DNA from: Thalia democratica
Taxonomy: Eukaryota
Assembly (NCBI GenBank): GCA_965202585.1
Contig: OZ241831.1
Span: forward strand, 44,082,001-44,146,000
Direction of reading: 5' to 3'
Length of the DNA stretch: 64,000 nt
Within the stretch, counting starts at the first letter, position 1. Each line of letters starts with the position of its first letter. Below the pieces are notes generated by a model that saw only the letters and a program-made list of their open reading frames with translations, was not told where the DNA came from and did not search any database. A program made the translations under genes and the position numbers. Of the stretch, positions 12,001-27,000 are shown one piece after another.

Positions 12001-15000
12001 AAATAAATTAGTAGTTAAGTGTTGTAAAACATTTATTTGCTAACGTAAAATAAAAGAGTGCTGGAATTTTGAAACTATAAAACAAAAAAAAAACGTTCCT
12101 TAATAAAAGTATAAACTTTTGGTACAATTAAGGGTTATTTGTTTATTTTAAATTTGTACACACATACAGATCTACTGCAATCTTGTACCACAAAAACACT
12201 TCGTATTTTGAAAAGTACTAAATTATTAAAAAAACATTGTTAGCAAAAACCTTATGCCTAACTTACCTACGAAATTCTTCAAAATCAAAATGGTTTAATT
12301 TAAACAAACAAAGAAATCCATAGTACATATTAGAAATACTGTTTAAACTTTATTTGAATAATAAAAGTAGAAAACATACTTATACTTTATTACTTAAAGT
12401 AATTTAAAACATCTATACTTAGAAATTTTTATATAGAAGAATATTCTTTTGTCTTTCTCAACGTTAAAGAAATATTAAACCTAGTTTTATTCAGCTTTTC
12501 AAATAAACAAAACAAAATTAACAATGGAATGTAGTTCAAGTCATAAAATTTCAAACAAATAAAACTTTTACAACAATCCACAGTGTTTTAAAAAAAAATT
12601 CAAGTTAATCGTTGTAATAGAAAATAAGTTTAACATACAAAACTGAAAACTGTTTACCGAATTTTGTCTTTTTAGATCTTGTTTAAACGTTTGGTAATAT
12701 AAGCTAAATTAAAAAGATAAAATGTAAATTACTAATGTAATTTGTACTAAAAAGCTTATTCAAAATAAAATAAATTCTTACAGCAGCTTGGGATCTGTTA
12801 GCAACTTCTTTAGTTTCGGATAGTTCATCTTCTAATTCTCCACATTTCTTCTTGTACTGTAGTACCTGTAAAAATTTAAAACTTTATACAGGTACTTTAA
12901 ACAAAATTTGTTGGTTAATACAAAATAAACAGGAAATTTTACGAAAACTTTCTAAAGTTATAAAAAGATATGAATTTATTCTAAGAATAAGTTCACTATT
13001 TCTCCTCTAATAGTTGAGATCTCTTTGTTTATTTTCTTAAAATCAAAACATATAAGTTATAAAAAGTTATTAAAAAAACAAACAGTAGATAAAACAAAGT
13101 TCATCGATGTTTTTAATTTGCATGATAACTACTATTGTCTCAGTAATATAGTTTTCACAGTAACCAATAAATCTTCCAAAATACTTATCAAGTTTTGTGC
13201 TGAGTTGCAAAAAAATACTTATTTTAATTTTTGTAGCAAACATTACAATTTTTATTATTATTTATCAAACCTGAATCTTTAAACTTTCAATTTCAATTCT
13301 GGTGGCCTCGTCTGACGGCTCAGCCATTATATTGGTAAGAAAATAAATACAAAATTATACAAAAATCTATTAAAATGATGTGTTTGATATAAACAAATAA
13401 ACATACACTCTGTTTAAAATTTTGTACAAACCACTAATAGGCTTTCTGAAATTAAAAAAAAAAGTTGTATAACCTATAAAAAAAATAAAAAGACAATAAC
13501 TAATTTAAAATTAACTGAAACTTCCACTACAACTGCGCCGGCTAATCGCTAAAAACAAATTAGCGCTCTTTTTCAAACCAACGGCTTGAAAAGCCAATCG
13601 AAAGTTGAAAGAACTCGTCCACAGAAGAGGGTTCGAAACACTTTCAACTTTCAGCGTTGTTGTCGGCTACTACACCTTGCAATTGAAAGTGAGCCACTTC
13701 ACGCAGGCAGAACATTTGTTGAAAAAAATGCTCACAAGTTTCTACTTGCCCGGTCGAATATCGTGTATGTTGCGAGGCGCACCTTCGGGCTTTCTCAATT
13801 TCGCATCATGTTTGCTTACGGTTGTTGTGACGTCATAATACGACGATTATGTGGATTTGAGTTGCGCAATCGGCAGAGTTATGTGTAGCAATTAGTTTAA
13901 GTGGAACTTTATATGGATAAGAAACTGAAATAATTGAGTAAACTGAAGATTAAGTTTTTATTCAAGTTAGAACTGACAATTAAACCTATAACGTTCATAT
14001 ATTTTTTTCTATAGAGCTTAAATAAATATAATGAAAAAGTAATAACTTTTATAAAAACTCTAACGTTTCGTTATACTTAATTTTTTATCTTGTTACAAGT
14101 TTATCTGATATAATTATATAGTATTTAAATATCTATATGTTTTACTTAATTTTATTTTTCCTATACTAAAACAGGGGTCGGCAGCCTTTTTTAATTCAAG
14201 GCCCAATTTTTCCAGAAAAAATTGCTCGCGAGCCGCACTTTTTACAAAAAAAATTTTTGAGGGTCGCAACTGTTTAAAAAATAATCATAGTAATTAGTAG
14301 AAAAATACAATTCTAAACCAAAACATTACAAAATAAGCAGTAAAATAGCACTAGTTAAGAGTAACCATTAAATTAAAATTCTAACTGTAAAATTTTATGG
14401 CAAAACCTTTTTTTTTTCATGTTTTTAGAAAAGTGTGTTTTTAGCTGAAAAGTACCTCGCGTGCCCCAGATTTTGACTTTGAGGGCGAATTTGGCCCGCG
14501 GGCCGCATTTTGCCGACCCCTGTACTAGAACTATATACTTTTATTTTAAACTACGTAATTTTAGTTTCTCAAACTTTGTTTAATTAGTTTTCAGTTGGTT
14601 TTGTCATTATACAAGTTAATACATGTAATTTAAAATCACCTCTTAATGTTATAAAGAAATATTGCGGTGTTAGTTAAAAAAACTTTAAAAATTTCATTTT
14701 TTAACAATAAACTGTTTTAAATATACTTAGCCCGTAACAGCTCTTAATAGCTTTAAAATTTGTAATTAAAGTCTCATAAAAGCAAAAGATTAAAAGTATG
14801 TATAATTACAAATGTTACAGCTAGTATCGAAAACTTTTCTCCTTAAAGTTAGTCAAAAATAACAACATTAAAAAGGAACCTAATTTTGTAAAACGACTAT
14901 ATTTTCTTACACTTGTACTTTGAAACTATCAAAAGGTGTACTTTTATAGCTCAAAAGAGATCAAAAGCAGAATTTAAAGGATGTGGCTCTAAAAAAATAT

Positions 15001-18000
15001 TTATTTTTTGACAACTCTGCTTGAGATCAAGATGTGTTTTCAATAAAGACAACAAGACGTATTTTAGTTGAAACTTTATTAACGTTCCGTACTTAAATTT
15101 CTGAGGGCTTACGCCACTTGGCGTTTAATTTTCTTTGAAATTTTAAGCTCAATCTCTTGACAGTTGCTTAATACAAATTTAAAGCCTGACAGTCGCAGTG
15201 ATTTCTAGCACAGTCTAGCGGATATAAATGTTTGTTACAATTGTACTTCAGTAGATGACTGCCGAAAACTCACAAAAACTAGTAACCACTAGCTGACTTA
15301 CTTTAGTTTATAAAAGTTTTCAAAAAAATATTTAGTTTATTTTTCATAAGAAAATCTAGATGTTTAATTTGCAATGATATTTCATAAATTATTCTTTTAT
15401 CTAGTTTTTCAGAGTTGTACTTAGTAGTAAAGCATATAAACTATTTACTGTGAAAACTCATCAGAGTAATAACAGTATTTAAAAAAAGTCGTATAAGTAT
15501 TCTATAACATTTTTCTTAAAGTTTCTAACAAGATATATTAAGTAGACTTTTACAAATTAAACTAAACCACAGAAACAGTAGTTTTAGTTTAAAATACTTT
15601 TTACTTAATGCACAGATTTATGTTTAGGGTTTTGATGAGCACACCTTTAACAAACAAAGATTTAGTAATGTTAATAATTTAATTTTTGTTACAAAAAACG
15701 TATTTTACGTTTAAGAAGTTTTAAGGTAACTATAAACTTAAAAGCTTATCGACGTAATCACAAATCAACCACAATTAAAAGGTTTTTCTGTCATGGATGT
15801 TAAGTTTCACATAAACAAAATCAATTGTTTGACGTGATTTTAATTATTAATAAAATAAAATTATAGTAGTCATTTCAGCAGAGCCGAGATGTTTTTGCGC
15901 CACCATTCAATAAGGACTAAGCTGCACGACCATCAAAAACAGAACATGTGACATTCTGCGACCTTGTTCCTGCGTGACCAATCCTAATGACAAGAATGTA
16001 CCATGGACTGTTGTACATAGTGGTCGTGCAGTGCATTCTTGTGCTTCCAAAATACAGTAGTACCGATATTTTTAAGCTTTGTAGTTTTGTCAATAATATC
16101 GTTCAAACAAATGTTCTTGTTTGTGATAAAATTGATTTGGAAAAAGAAATTAATATAAAATTTGTAATTAAAGAACAGTTTTTGTCGTCTTATCTTGTAA
16201 AGAATTTTCAAAACAAACATACAAATTAAAAAATGATTAGCATTGTTCAGTTTTCAGCACAATGAAAAACTTTAAAGGGATGGAGGCTAGTCATGTGTTT
16301 TGAGGTTTCTTTATCTAGACATAATAATAAGTCTATAAGTGCGTCACAAAGAAGTATTTACTTTTGAATAATATTGATGCTTTTGTACTATTACAAACAT
16401 TTTATATTAATGTCGTAGATTCTGTATTTGTTTTTGTTTTATGCGTACAAGACTATTTGCAGTATTATGATTGTTTAATAATTAAACAAACTATATTTCT
16501 TAGATTTTTTTTAGTAAATGTTATAACCTGTAAATTGTAAGCAATCGTGTCCTTTTGTTGCTGACAGATTATTACACCCATAATACCTTTACAAACCTAC
16601 CTGAATCTTGATCAACTATACAAATATAAACTAGATTTTTTAAATACAGCTAGTAAATTAATAAAAAACTGTTTTTCTCATATTATTTTTACAATTAGAA
16701 CTTTATCAGCTTCTTTACTGATACTTATATACTTTAGTTTAGTAAAAAAAAGTAAAAAATATTTTACCTTTCCTTGCAGTTTTTGCACGAGTTGCTGCTG
16801 CCTGTGTTGGCCTTCCTGATAGGCCAGTAGCTTTCTCTTGTAAACTGCTTGCTCGTCTTCTAACCGTTGTGTTAATATCTTGTTCTGTGAGAAGTTTTGG
16901 TTGATTTATTCATTCTTACTTTTTAAACCTAGGTTCTAAAACGTAGAAAGTTTTATTTTTTATAAGTTGTTTAGTTCTTAATTTTATTTTATTAGTGAAT
17001 GGTTTTTTAAAATAGAAAGTAAAGTTTAAGTTATAACATATTTTTTGTAGTTTTAAACATGAAATGTGTTTAAAATGTTTTAGTTTTTAGTAAAAGAAGA
17101 CACTCAACTCCAAGTACAAAAACTAAAAGTCTCAAAGTAACTTCTTTAGCTTAGTACATAAAACTTTTCCTACAATGTTTTAATTAAAGTTGCAACAAAT
17201 ACAGTTCCTACAGATTTTAACAAACTACTTATTATTAGTCAAACATCTAGTTTGTTACATACGTGTTTTTTCAAATGGTTAAGAAGCTAAAAAGTAAACA
17301 AGTTTGAGGTTTACGACCATTTTTACGACCTTCGTCGGTTTAAACGGACTTTTATAAGCTGCAATCTGTTGACAGCACAAACTAACGGTATGTTAGAACA
17401 ACAAAAACACTATAATGTGAATTACATTAGAATATAATATATAAATTAATTCAAAAATTTAGTAAATCAAAAGCGATTTATGATAATAAGTACATATCTT
17501 TTTAGATATATTTAAGCACTGACGAGGTCTTTGACCGAAACTTAGTTTGTAAAATAAATTCTTGAAAGAATAAATTTATCATTAGTTTACCCTTAGTTAA
17601 CTTTTTTTTTAAAGTATACATATAGGAGAAAATGATAGATTTACAAAGCTTTAAGTATTTTATAATTGCAAATAAGCATAAAAAAGTTAATAGTGTAATT
17701 AAAATAAAAGAAGCACAAATTTTGATAAAGATGTATTTCAAATAAAATAAACGCGTTTTTAGTGTTTTAAAATGTACATTAAGTTGTCATTTTTCAGACA
17801 ATTTATGTTAAAGCATTCAAAACTATTTCCAACAGTATTTGTATGAAAACATTTGAAAAACTTTAAGTATAACAGTTTATTACTAGTATGAAATCGTAGT
17901 TAAAAAAATGTTACGAAATGTTATAAAGATTCTGTAAGTTTTAATAGTTTGTTTAATTTTAATATAAAATTGAACAAGTTTAGTTTATAATACAAATAAC

Positions 18001-21000
18001 TGATTAAAGCTAGTAAAACAGTTTTTTTTTATATAATCGAAGTCAAACTAAATAACACAACAATATTACCAAATAATGAAAGGTAAATATTATGTACAAT
18101 ATCTTTATTTATTCAAAACTTCACGAAAGAGTCGTTTATGTTTGTATAACGTAAAAAGTACACCTTGGCCTTTATCTAAGAAATATGTATTATTCAAAAC
18201 CAAAAGCATTACGTACTAGTAAAGTTTTTAGTTTTATATTAAAAATATCTATATTTTTTACATTTTGTATGTTAAAATAAATTGATTCTTTAATATTTTA
18301 AACGACCGTTTGCTTTTAAAAATACTTTTACATAAAATACTTTTGTGTGAAGCTATAAGAATTACATTAAAACAATAATCAAAAAATAAATTAAAAAATA
18401 AAATAACCGTTTTTTTTACTAAAAATAAGTATATGTTAGTACTGTTACAAAGAGCAATAAAAGATACAAATTTGTGTTTTGATTTGTTAAAATAATAAAT
18501 GAAACTTAAGATGTTTTATTATTAAAACAATATAAACTATGTTATAAAAAAAAATATATATAGAAACTATATATTCATACTTGTATACAAGCTAACATAG
18601 ATTCTAATTATAAACTTGAAGTTTGGCTAAGCTAAAAATCAAATACAAGCTAGTTAAAGTTTCTAGGAAAATCAAAAACTTAGTTAGTTTTGATTGATTA
18701 CACTAGACTAAAAAGATTTAAAAATGAATAGTTCTATAACTTTCACGTATTAACTAAAAAAACCATAAGGAAAACAAAAGTTCTACAGGTTCCATAAAAA
18801 CAATCACACATTATTGCTTACCTCCAAACTTAGAGTCCTGATGTCCATTTTGCTTGTGTTAGGTGTGCTTTGTTGCTAGAAATTTCACAGTGTTTTATTA
18901 AATAAAAATGACTAGAATTTAAATTAAAATAATTTAATAAAACAGCAATTACTAACACTCTTTAAAGCGTTTTAATTGAATAAAAATATCAAAATATAAG
19001 CTTTAACAATATAAGCTTATGTAGTTAAAATAAAATATCTTAAAAATAATAAATAAAACAAAGATACTTGCAAAAAATGAACAAAGTTATGTGCAATATT
19101 AGTGTTGCTACTACATAACAATAGCACAACTAACAAACACATAAAAAAGCCTTTTTAACTTAAAAATAATTGAAATAAAAGTAAAAGCTAATCAACAAAT
19201 AATGTCTGCACTCTAGGACAGCCACTTATCAATTGACAAGACAAATTGACTTGTGAAGATGTTTATTCGCTTAGCACTTGGCACGTACGTATGTCGCAAA
19301 CGCCTTAAGCAAACTCCCATCTGAAGCTTTTTGACCCAACTGAAAATTTCAAACGCAAAACCCGTTCATATTCCGCCGTTACGCTTCAATGATCACGAGA
19401 AACGGATATATTTTCCTTGTTAACTTTTTCTCTTTCTTACGTGGGTGAACTTTTTTTTGTGCAAACAAAGGGGAGCCAACGGCACGAAATTTGAAATTGC
19501 GACAAGTCGGGGCGAAATGTGTCATTTAAGCTTGTTTAAAGTAGCCGGTTATGTCCTTGTTAATGCTTTTAATTATCAATATTTGACACCTGATGTGTTA
19601 TGACAAGTTTTTAGATGATTAAACAAATATCAGCTGTGATAATTTTAGCTTAAAGTTCTTTAATTTTGTTGACATTCAATTATACTCATTATAACCCATA
19701 ACGATTTTTTTTAATATAGTAGATAAGTGTAGGGTACGTAAACCTTTTAAATCTTACTTACCAATAAATAAAAAAAAAATACTACTTTTTGTACTTGTGT
19801 TCAAACAATACCAAAAATAAGTAGATGAGAAAAAGTTATCTTCATTCATGTCGTTATGAAATTTAATTTTTCGTAGGAGACTGACTGTATCTTTTATCTT
19901 TAAAAACACTTAATTTCTTCAATTAAGTATAAACTTATGTTTTTGATTGGCTAGTTCTATTTCATTTTTTCTTTTCATAAAATAGCTTAACTTTAAATTA
20001 TTGTTAATTAGACAAGTTGTTTGGTAAAGTTATTGTTACGCTAAAATTAAACTATAAAATCATAGTATATTGTTTATTACTGTATTAAACTTATTAAGAT
20101 CTTAAATTTCCAGACTTTTAATCTACTTTAAAATAAATAAATTAAAAACATACTTTTTCAAGACTTTTTTCAAGTTCTTCTTTTTCGGCTTTAACTGTTT
20201 TCAGCATTTCAGCGCTTCTATTTAACTCATCTGCTAGAACTCGGTTTTCTTCCTAAAATTTATAACTTGTTTAAAACGTTAACTGATTGTTTCCTTTAAG
20301 ATAGCACAAGTTAGCAATCTTTTTTTTTAATTTTTTCAATGTATTTATAAAAAGCTTTGTTAAATTAGTATTTTCCTACTGTTAGATTATAGTATCGGGT
20401 CGTTTTTAAAAAAAAGCTAAATTGTATTTAATGGAAATACAATTTTGCCAAATATGTTTAAGAAAAAGTAGGCTAGCAAGAAATTAAATTGTGAAGCCTG
20501 CTAGAGTTTTAGTTGCTGAAAAACACACTTATATAAGTAACAAAAGGCTTAATTAAAGGTATAACTTGACTAGAGAAATAAGTTACATAAAAAATATAAA
20601 TTTCAGACTTTAGGTTTTATGAAATTTATGAAACACAATACTGAAGATCATTATTTTTTATCTTCTTTAATACTTCAAAATAGACAGTGCAGTCTACTCT
20701 TTTGTTGCACAGAGAGACTCAAAGATTAGTTTACTGAAATTTTGTTTCCTCGATTTCCTTATGAGGCAGCTGCATCCTTTACGGATAAAGTGAATAAAAA
20801 TGTTATTGTTGAGTTTTATTGTTTTGTGCTTTGCGAACAATGTGCTTGTACTACCAAAGGAAATTCCAAGATTTTTTTGTGTGGAAATGTACACAAAATT
20901 GCAGTTTGGCTTGTCAACAAAAGTTTTGTATAATGTAAATAGTCTTATAAGCACAATAAAAAAACAATTGTTTTATAAGAATTTTTGATTTTTTTTGCTA

Positions 21001-24000
21001 TAATTACTATTTGAAGAGTCATTCTTTATAATCGCCCGATAACTAAACTTAATTAGAGAAAAAGTATAACTTGATGTAATAAGTAAAAAATACACTTTTA
21101 GCTAACTTTAATGTTTTTAAACATTAACAGTATGTTCTAAAATAACGTTTTTACCAATAGTTTGTTTCAATTTGAAAAGTTTGAAAACTAAAATTTTACA
21201 AAACAATTCACTTTGTATCAAAAACAAAAATAATTTACAAAAATAAACAGAAGTCTTTTAAATTGATAAAATATTAATGCAGTTTAAATCTGCATTGTAA
21301 CAAAAAAACACAAAAGTGTACATTTTATTAGTTCACAACACGTTTGTACTTATGAGGTGTTAACCTGAAGGTTTCTAGTTTCTTCAGGGGTGGGTATCCT
21401 CTCAGGGGGCTCACTCAGGTTGTCTGTGATTATTTCCCTCAACCTCGCCCCTATCGATCTATCTGGGGAATCCCTTGTCAAGAAACTGTCATTGATATCC
21501 TGAAAAAATAAACATTAAGTTTAATGATACTGTTAGCTTTTATTTTCTTTGTACTACTAACAATCAGTATTTCTTACTTATTCAAATATTTTGTTTTATC
21601 ATACTTATGGATTTTTTATTTAAAAAAAATGGTTCAAATATTTTCTTTAGAAAAATAAAACAAAAAAATATTTATTTTAACTTTTTAAATAAAAAGTATG
21701 AAATACTAAAGCTTTAAATAAAGTTAATATTTTTTAAAGCGGTTGATTTAAAACAGAATTAAGAAAATTCAGTTACATAATTATTAGTGGAAGTAATAAC
21801 AAGCACCATAAAAATACTACACCTTACTAAAGTATAAAAAGTGTTTTATATTGCTTTATATAACAACAACAGATTAAAATTACACATAAATTTGTTTAAG
21901 TACCTTAAGTAAAGGGAGTACCTTTCAAATTTGAGTCAAACTTTACCCTTTTTACACTATATAATAACTAATTAATTTTTAACAAAAATAGGTCTTTTTG
22001 TGTTAATTGTAGATTTAATAGGTATTTAATAAGTTAGTTGCCTTTTGGTGACAATAATTAAATTAATACATGTCTTCGTTCATTCAACTTCATTTGTTTT
22101 TTTAGCTTATTTTTGTGCACACTCATTTTCGATATTTTAAACATTGCGGGTGCGTACCTTATACATGTCCCTGCTGTAGTAAGTTTTTTATTAAAATTTG
22201 GTTGAAAATTATTCTAATTTTTGAAATGTTTATTTCATTCTAGTGCATAGATAAAACATATAATTTTTTTTTATTTAACGACGTTTGTAACAACTTTTAA
22301 ACTAGATTAAATGCTTCTCTACTATAACTTGCATAATTAAATTCAAAAACTGTTATAAATTAAGTTGTTGAGCGTAGACTAGCAACTTTTATTTTTCACA
22401 AGTTGTAAATTTTTTTATATATGCCATACTTACAACCAATTTTTAGTTTTTATTAAATTTTACGTATTTTTTAGTAATGTTTAAGTTTTTTTAAGTTATT
22501 TAAATGCTCAATAATTTACAAAGAATCAAGATTTTTTTAAAATATTAAGTCGTAAGAAACAACACATGTAAAAGAGAATGTTTAAGATTAATTACGGTAC
22601 AAATAAAAATAAAAACTAGCACACAAAAAAACTTACAATATCATAAGAAAAAACTAAAAATTTAATGCAAAAAGAGTGTTTTTATAAAACAATAAACTTA
22701 TTTAGCAAAATAACTTCAAGTTCATAACTTATTGCGTAATATTACAACTTAAAACATTATTAACTGTCTAGGTGTTTTCACTTTGACAAGAATCACAATA
22801 CCAACATTTGCATACAAAATTAGATTAACGAAAATATAGTTAAATTTTAGTTAAAGTAATAATGTAGTTTGATTTTTTTTAGATGTTCCTATAAGGAAAA
22901 CCGACTCAAAGACCAATATACAAAAGAACACAATTTTATTTATAGACATCTGATAATAATTGATAGGCGTAATAAAAGTTTAGATAAGCTGCAATAATTT
23001 AAAACGATTTTTTTAAGTTACTTTTTAGTACTGAAAAGTTTGTACTATAAGAAGTTTTAGTAGTTAGATTAGTTATTACTATAAGCAAGAGTTTGTTTTT
23101 AATTAACTTTCATAATCACCCACTTGGAACAAAAAAAGTTATACTCTTTATTACCTAATAGTTTACTCTTTATCAGAAAAAACTTATTTACTCGTAAACT
23201 AAATAAAAAATCGTTTCAGCTTTTGTCCTGACAGTCAAAATCTTACACAATGGAAAACCTTGCTGTTGGTCCTGTGGGTTGTAAAGTAATACACTGCTCT
23301 TTATTAAAAACTAAATAGTCTTATAAAACAGTACAGATTAAATCAAGAAATATAATCGAACTGAGAAAGCTATAAACAGTAGTATCAAATAAAATCGTTG
23401 AATGTATACTTTTTTATTCTCTTAAGCCAAAATAACTAGTAGTGTTTACAAACGTTTGATATCATAAGTTTTACGGGTGCGGTAGAATAAAATTTAGACA
23501 ACTCAAATTTTAAAATCTTTTTAGGGGTCATGTTTTTTAATAGAAATAAAAAAATGTATGAATTTCTTATTAACACGTGAAAACCATTCTTTTCACTTTG
23601 CTATATTTTATTCTTTTTTAAGTTATGACTAAAATAAATATTAAATTATAGTAATTTTTAGTATTTTTTTAATTTCTCATAAAATAATTTTCATTTTAAT
23701 TGTTTTCTAATATCATAATATTAACCGCGCTTTTTACTTTTTTAAAATTCTAATTAATTTTTGAGATAAGGCCTGTTAAACATTTTTCTTGATTAGTCCG
23801 AATTTGAACTGTAATGTAACCAGTTTTACTTACAATAATATGACCTTTAATTGTTTTTTTTTAGTAAAAGCATAGCATACCTTAAGTAAAAAATTTAAAG
23901 CTAAATGGTTTACACATTAAGTAATAACACTTGACAACCGATAAAACAAGGTCATATTCGTAGACATAAACAAAATAAAACTTTTTATATTAGCATTACA

Positions 24001-27000
24001 CTATCTTTCAACCGCTTGATAGTGCAAAAGATTAGTCTCTTATGTTTTAACATCAGCACTTCATAATAGCAGTTTTTTAGCAGTATAAACTGTTGATTTG
24101 GACAAAACGTTTACTAAAAATTTTATTTACTGAAGTTTAAATAAGTCTTTATTAATTTTTAACTTGTATAAGTGTGCAGAAGCTTTGTATTTCTAAGTTT
24201 TAAAGCAGACTTTTGTAAAGTTTTTTTTTATTTTTAAAAGTTATATAATATAATTTTCATCAAAATAAAACTTAAAATGTTTAAATAAAACTTAAAAGTT
24301 TACAAAAAAAAAACACCTTACTTTGCCAAAGATTCTTAAAAAAAAAGTAAAATTAAATAGCCTAACTGAGGTTAGGAAATTTTTTAGCTGGTAAGTCAGA
24401 TTTACAAAAAAAAGTCTTTCTCGGGCCGGATATGTTTGAAATATTTTTAATAAACTGCATAATTAAAAACAAGTGTTCAGTAGAAGTATAAAAAAAGTAG
24501 AAGCAAAATTCTAACAACATAATAATATTAAAAAAAAGCTTGTAATGTAAAAATCAAAACAACTTAAAGATTTTTTTTTTATAATAAAAAATGAGTTTAA
24601 TTGGTTCACAAAAGTTGTTTTTAAGCATAAATTGCATCTTGGGCCGTAGGTTGCCCATCCCTAGACTAAACAGTATTAGAAAACTAAAACTATAAAAAAT
24701 ATAAAATGTTCCGTATACTTTTAGTATCAAAAAGCATATAAAAGTATAAAGACTTGAGATAGATTATGAGTCGGTGGCCTTTTATAATTTACGGACCAAA
24801 TTTTACGAACTAAAAATTTTATAAACTGTTACTAGGTACGCATAAGTAGTTTACGTCTAACAAAGTAAAAGTTATTAAAGATTTATAAAATCTGCAACAT
24901 TTTTAAACTCCCGTAAGTCAATAATTTATTTCAAACTTTTTTAATACACTTATTATAATTTGTTTATTTTTTCTTATATAAAAGTTAATTTTATACAACT
25001 AATATTTATATATATCTTTGTTTTTAAAAGATAGAATAACCTTTTTTTTTTCGAGCTACTTTTTTAACTAAGTGGTTAAAACGAAACTGTCGGAGCTTTA
25101 ATGTGTATTACATAATTCAATTTCCTTTTTTACATATCGAATAATTTTTGTTGAAAAAAAAGCCAAATGCTAATGATATTTTTTAAATATATCTGAACTG
25201 CGGACAATAGTTTTCACACGTTGATATAAATTAGCACGTCTAATATTATTAAATAAAATCCAATAAAATATACTTAATTATCTTCTTTTAATTATCTGAA
25301 ACTGTATAATAAAGTTGTCTATACTAAATTTTTAGACAAAAAGAAGAGTTGTAAATGTAAATATTTTTACGAAGGTTTATCTATAGTATTTAATAAGTAT
25401 AGAACAGCTTAAAATTTACTTATCATTCTTGAATGTTCATACACAATGTATGGAGCTCAACTTTTCAACTTATTATTTATAAAAAAATTCAAAAGAGACT
25501 TACTATTTTTAGTTTTTGGCTTAGTTATTGCTTAATTAGACAACTGGAGTCATATATAATGTATAATTATGAACCTTAAAAATGTTTTATGGAGAAAAAA
25601 ATTTACTTCAAATAAAAAAAAATATTTAAACAACATTTTCTAAAATATTAAAGCTCTATTTGAATGCAAAAACCCTATACACCTTCTAACGATGAGAATT
25701 TTTAGAGCAATTTTTTTTTCATAAGTTGTACTTATAAAACATAGTTTAAGTAAATGGAACTTAGGTATATATCTGATTCAAAACAAACAAATGTAATAAA
25801 GAAAAAAGTTCGTAGTTATACGTGTTTTTTAAGTATCTAACCAAAAAAATTTTATTTTTTAAAGTCAATTCTGTTTTCATACTTGAGTTTTCTGTAACAA
25901 CTTGTTAACTGTGCAACTTAGATAGGTAACTTTACTAACTTGTGTTTTACTTTAACTGCGTATTAATAGAAACAAACTTTTGAATAATATATGACTAATA
26001 GTTGATTATTGTCAAAATAACAGTTTTTGCCAAAGCTAAACAAGAGCACAATCTAAACTAAGTACTTTTATAAAATCATTTAAGTAGAGTATAAGGAAAG
26101 ACCTAGAAACAAATAGTCAAAAAGTAACCTAATGTTGATATTATTTCTAGTAAACGTAAAAATAAATAGTCTAAATTAATGCATTTTAAAGATATGTTTG
26201 CAAAAAAAACTTTATGTAACATTTTTTCAAGGTTTAGAAAAAAAACCAACAACTAAAATATTAGAAAAATGATAGATTTTAAATGAATGTAAAACACAAT
26301 CAGAAAGTTAGAATTAAGACTATAAAAACTATTTTCTGAGTACAATACTTTATTGTTTATTGATAATAGGGAAAACAGCATTAACTTTAGTGTTCTTTTC
26401 AAATACAGAAAATTTATTAGAGTTTAATAGAAAATAGAAATTTTTAAATTTTTAATACTTCGTAAAACCTAAAAACTTTAGTTTTTTCTGAAAGTTTTTT
26501 TGAGGAAACTACTCAAAATAACTTTATGTTTATTTTTATAACTTATGTTATATTTAATAAATAGCCTTAGATAAGATGTTAAATTCTTACGTTTTTGATA
26601 AAAACGTGTTCTTCAAAATAAATATTCTTATGCTAAAGGTAAGTTTATAGTATTAACATTTTAAAGTTATGACTAGTTTAACATGTAATAAAAATTGAAA
26701 AGTTTATTAAAAATCATACTTAATATTCTTAACACAATTATTTTTTTACTAAAGCTTTTACAAATTAGTAGTTGAAAATGATTTTGTATATCATGTTTTG
26801 AAACGGATCTAAATTTACTAGGGTAAATAAATCTAACTTTTAGCTAGTAGTATTTGCATGTTTACTAAAACTATTTGCTATCAAAGTTTTGAAGATGCCA
26901 GTTTTATTTACAAGTTTATTTGTAACGCTAGTAAAATTTGCAATGTAAACAGCAATAAAACACTTCTGGTCAGGTTTAATGACTTTGTTTAGCAAAAATT

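Noticed and set aside
15880-16229. CpG-elevated patch with CCAAT (15978-15982) and two short ORFs
   Set aside because: The ORFs are low-complexity AT-rich read-throughs, and the regulatory evidence is too thin to call.
23247-23271. Possible rootletin micro-exon (CAG|GACCAACAG...ATTGT|GTAAGA)
   Set aside because: 25 nt between phase-0 exons would shift the frame; no other support.
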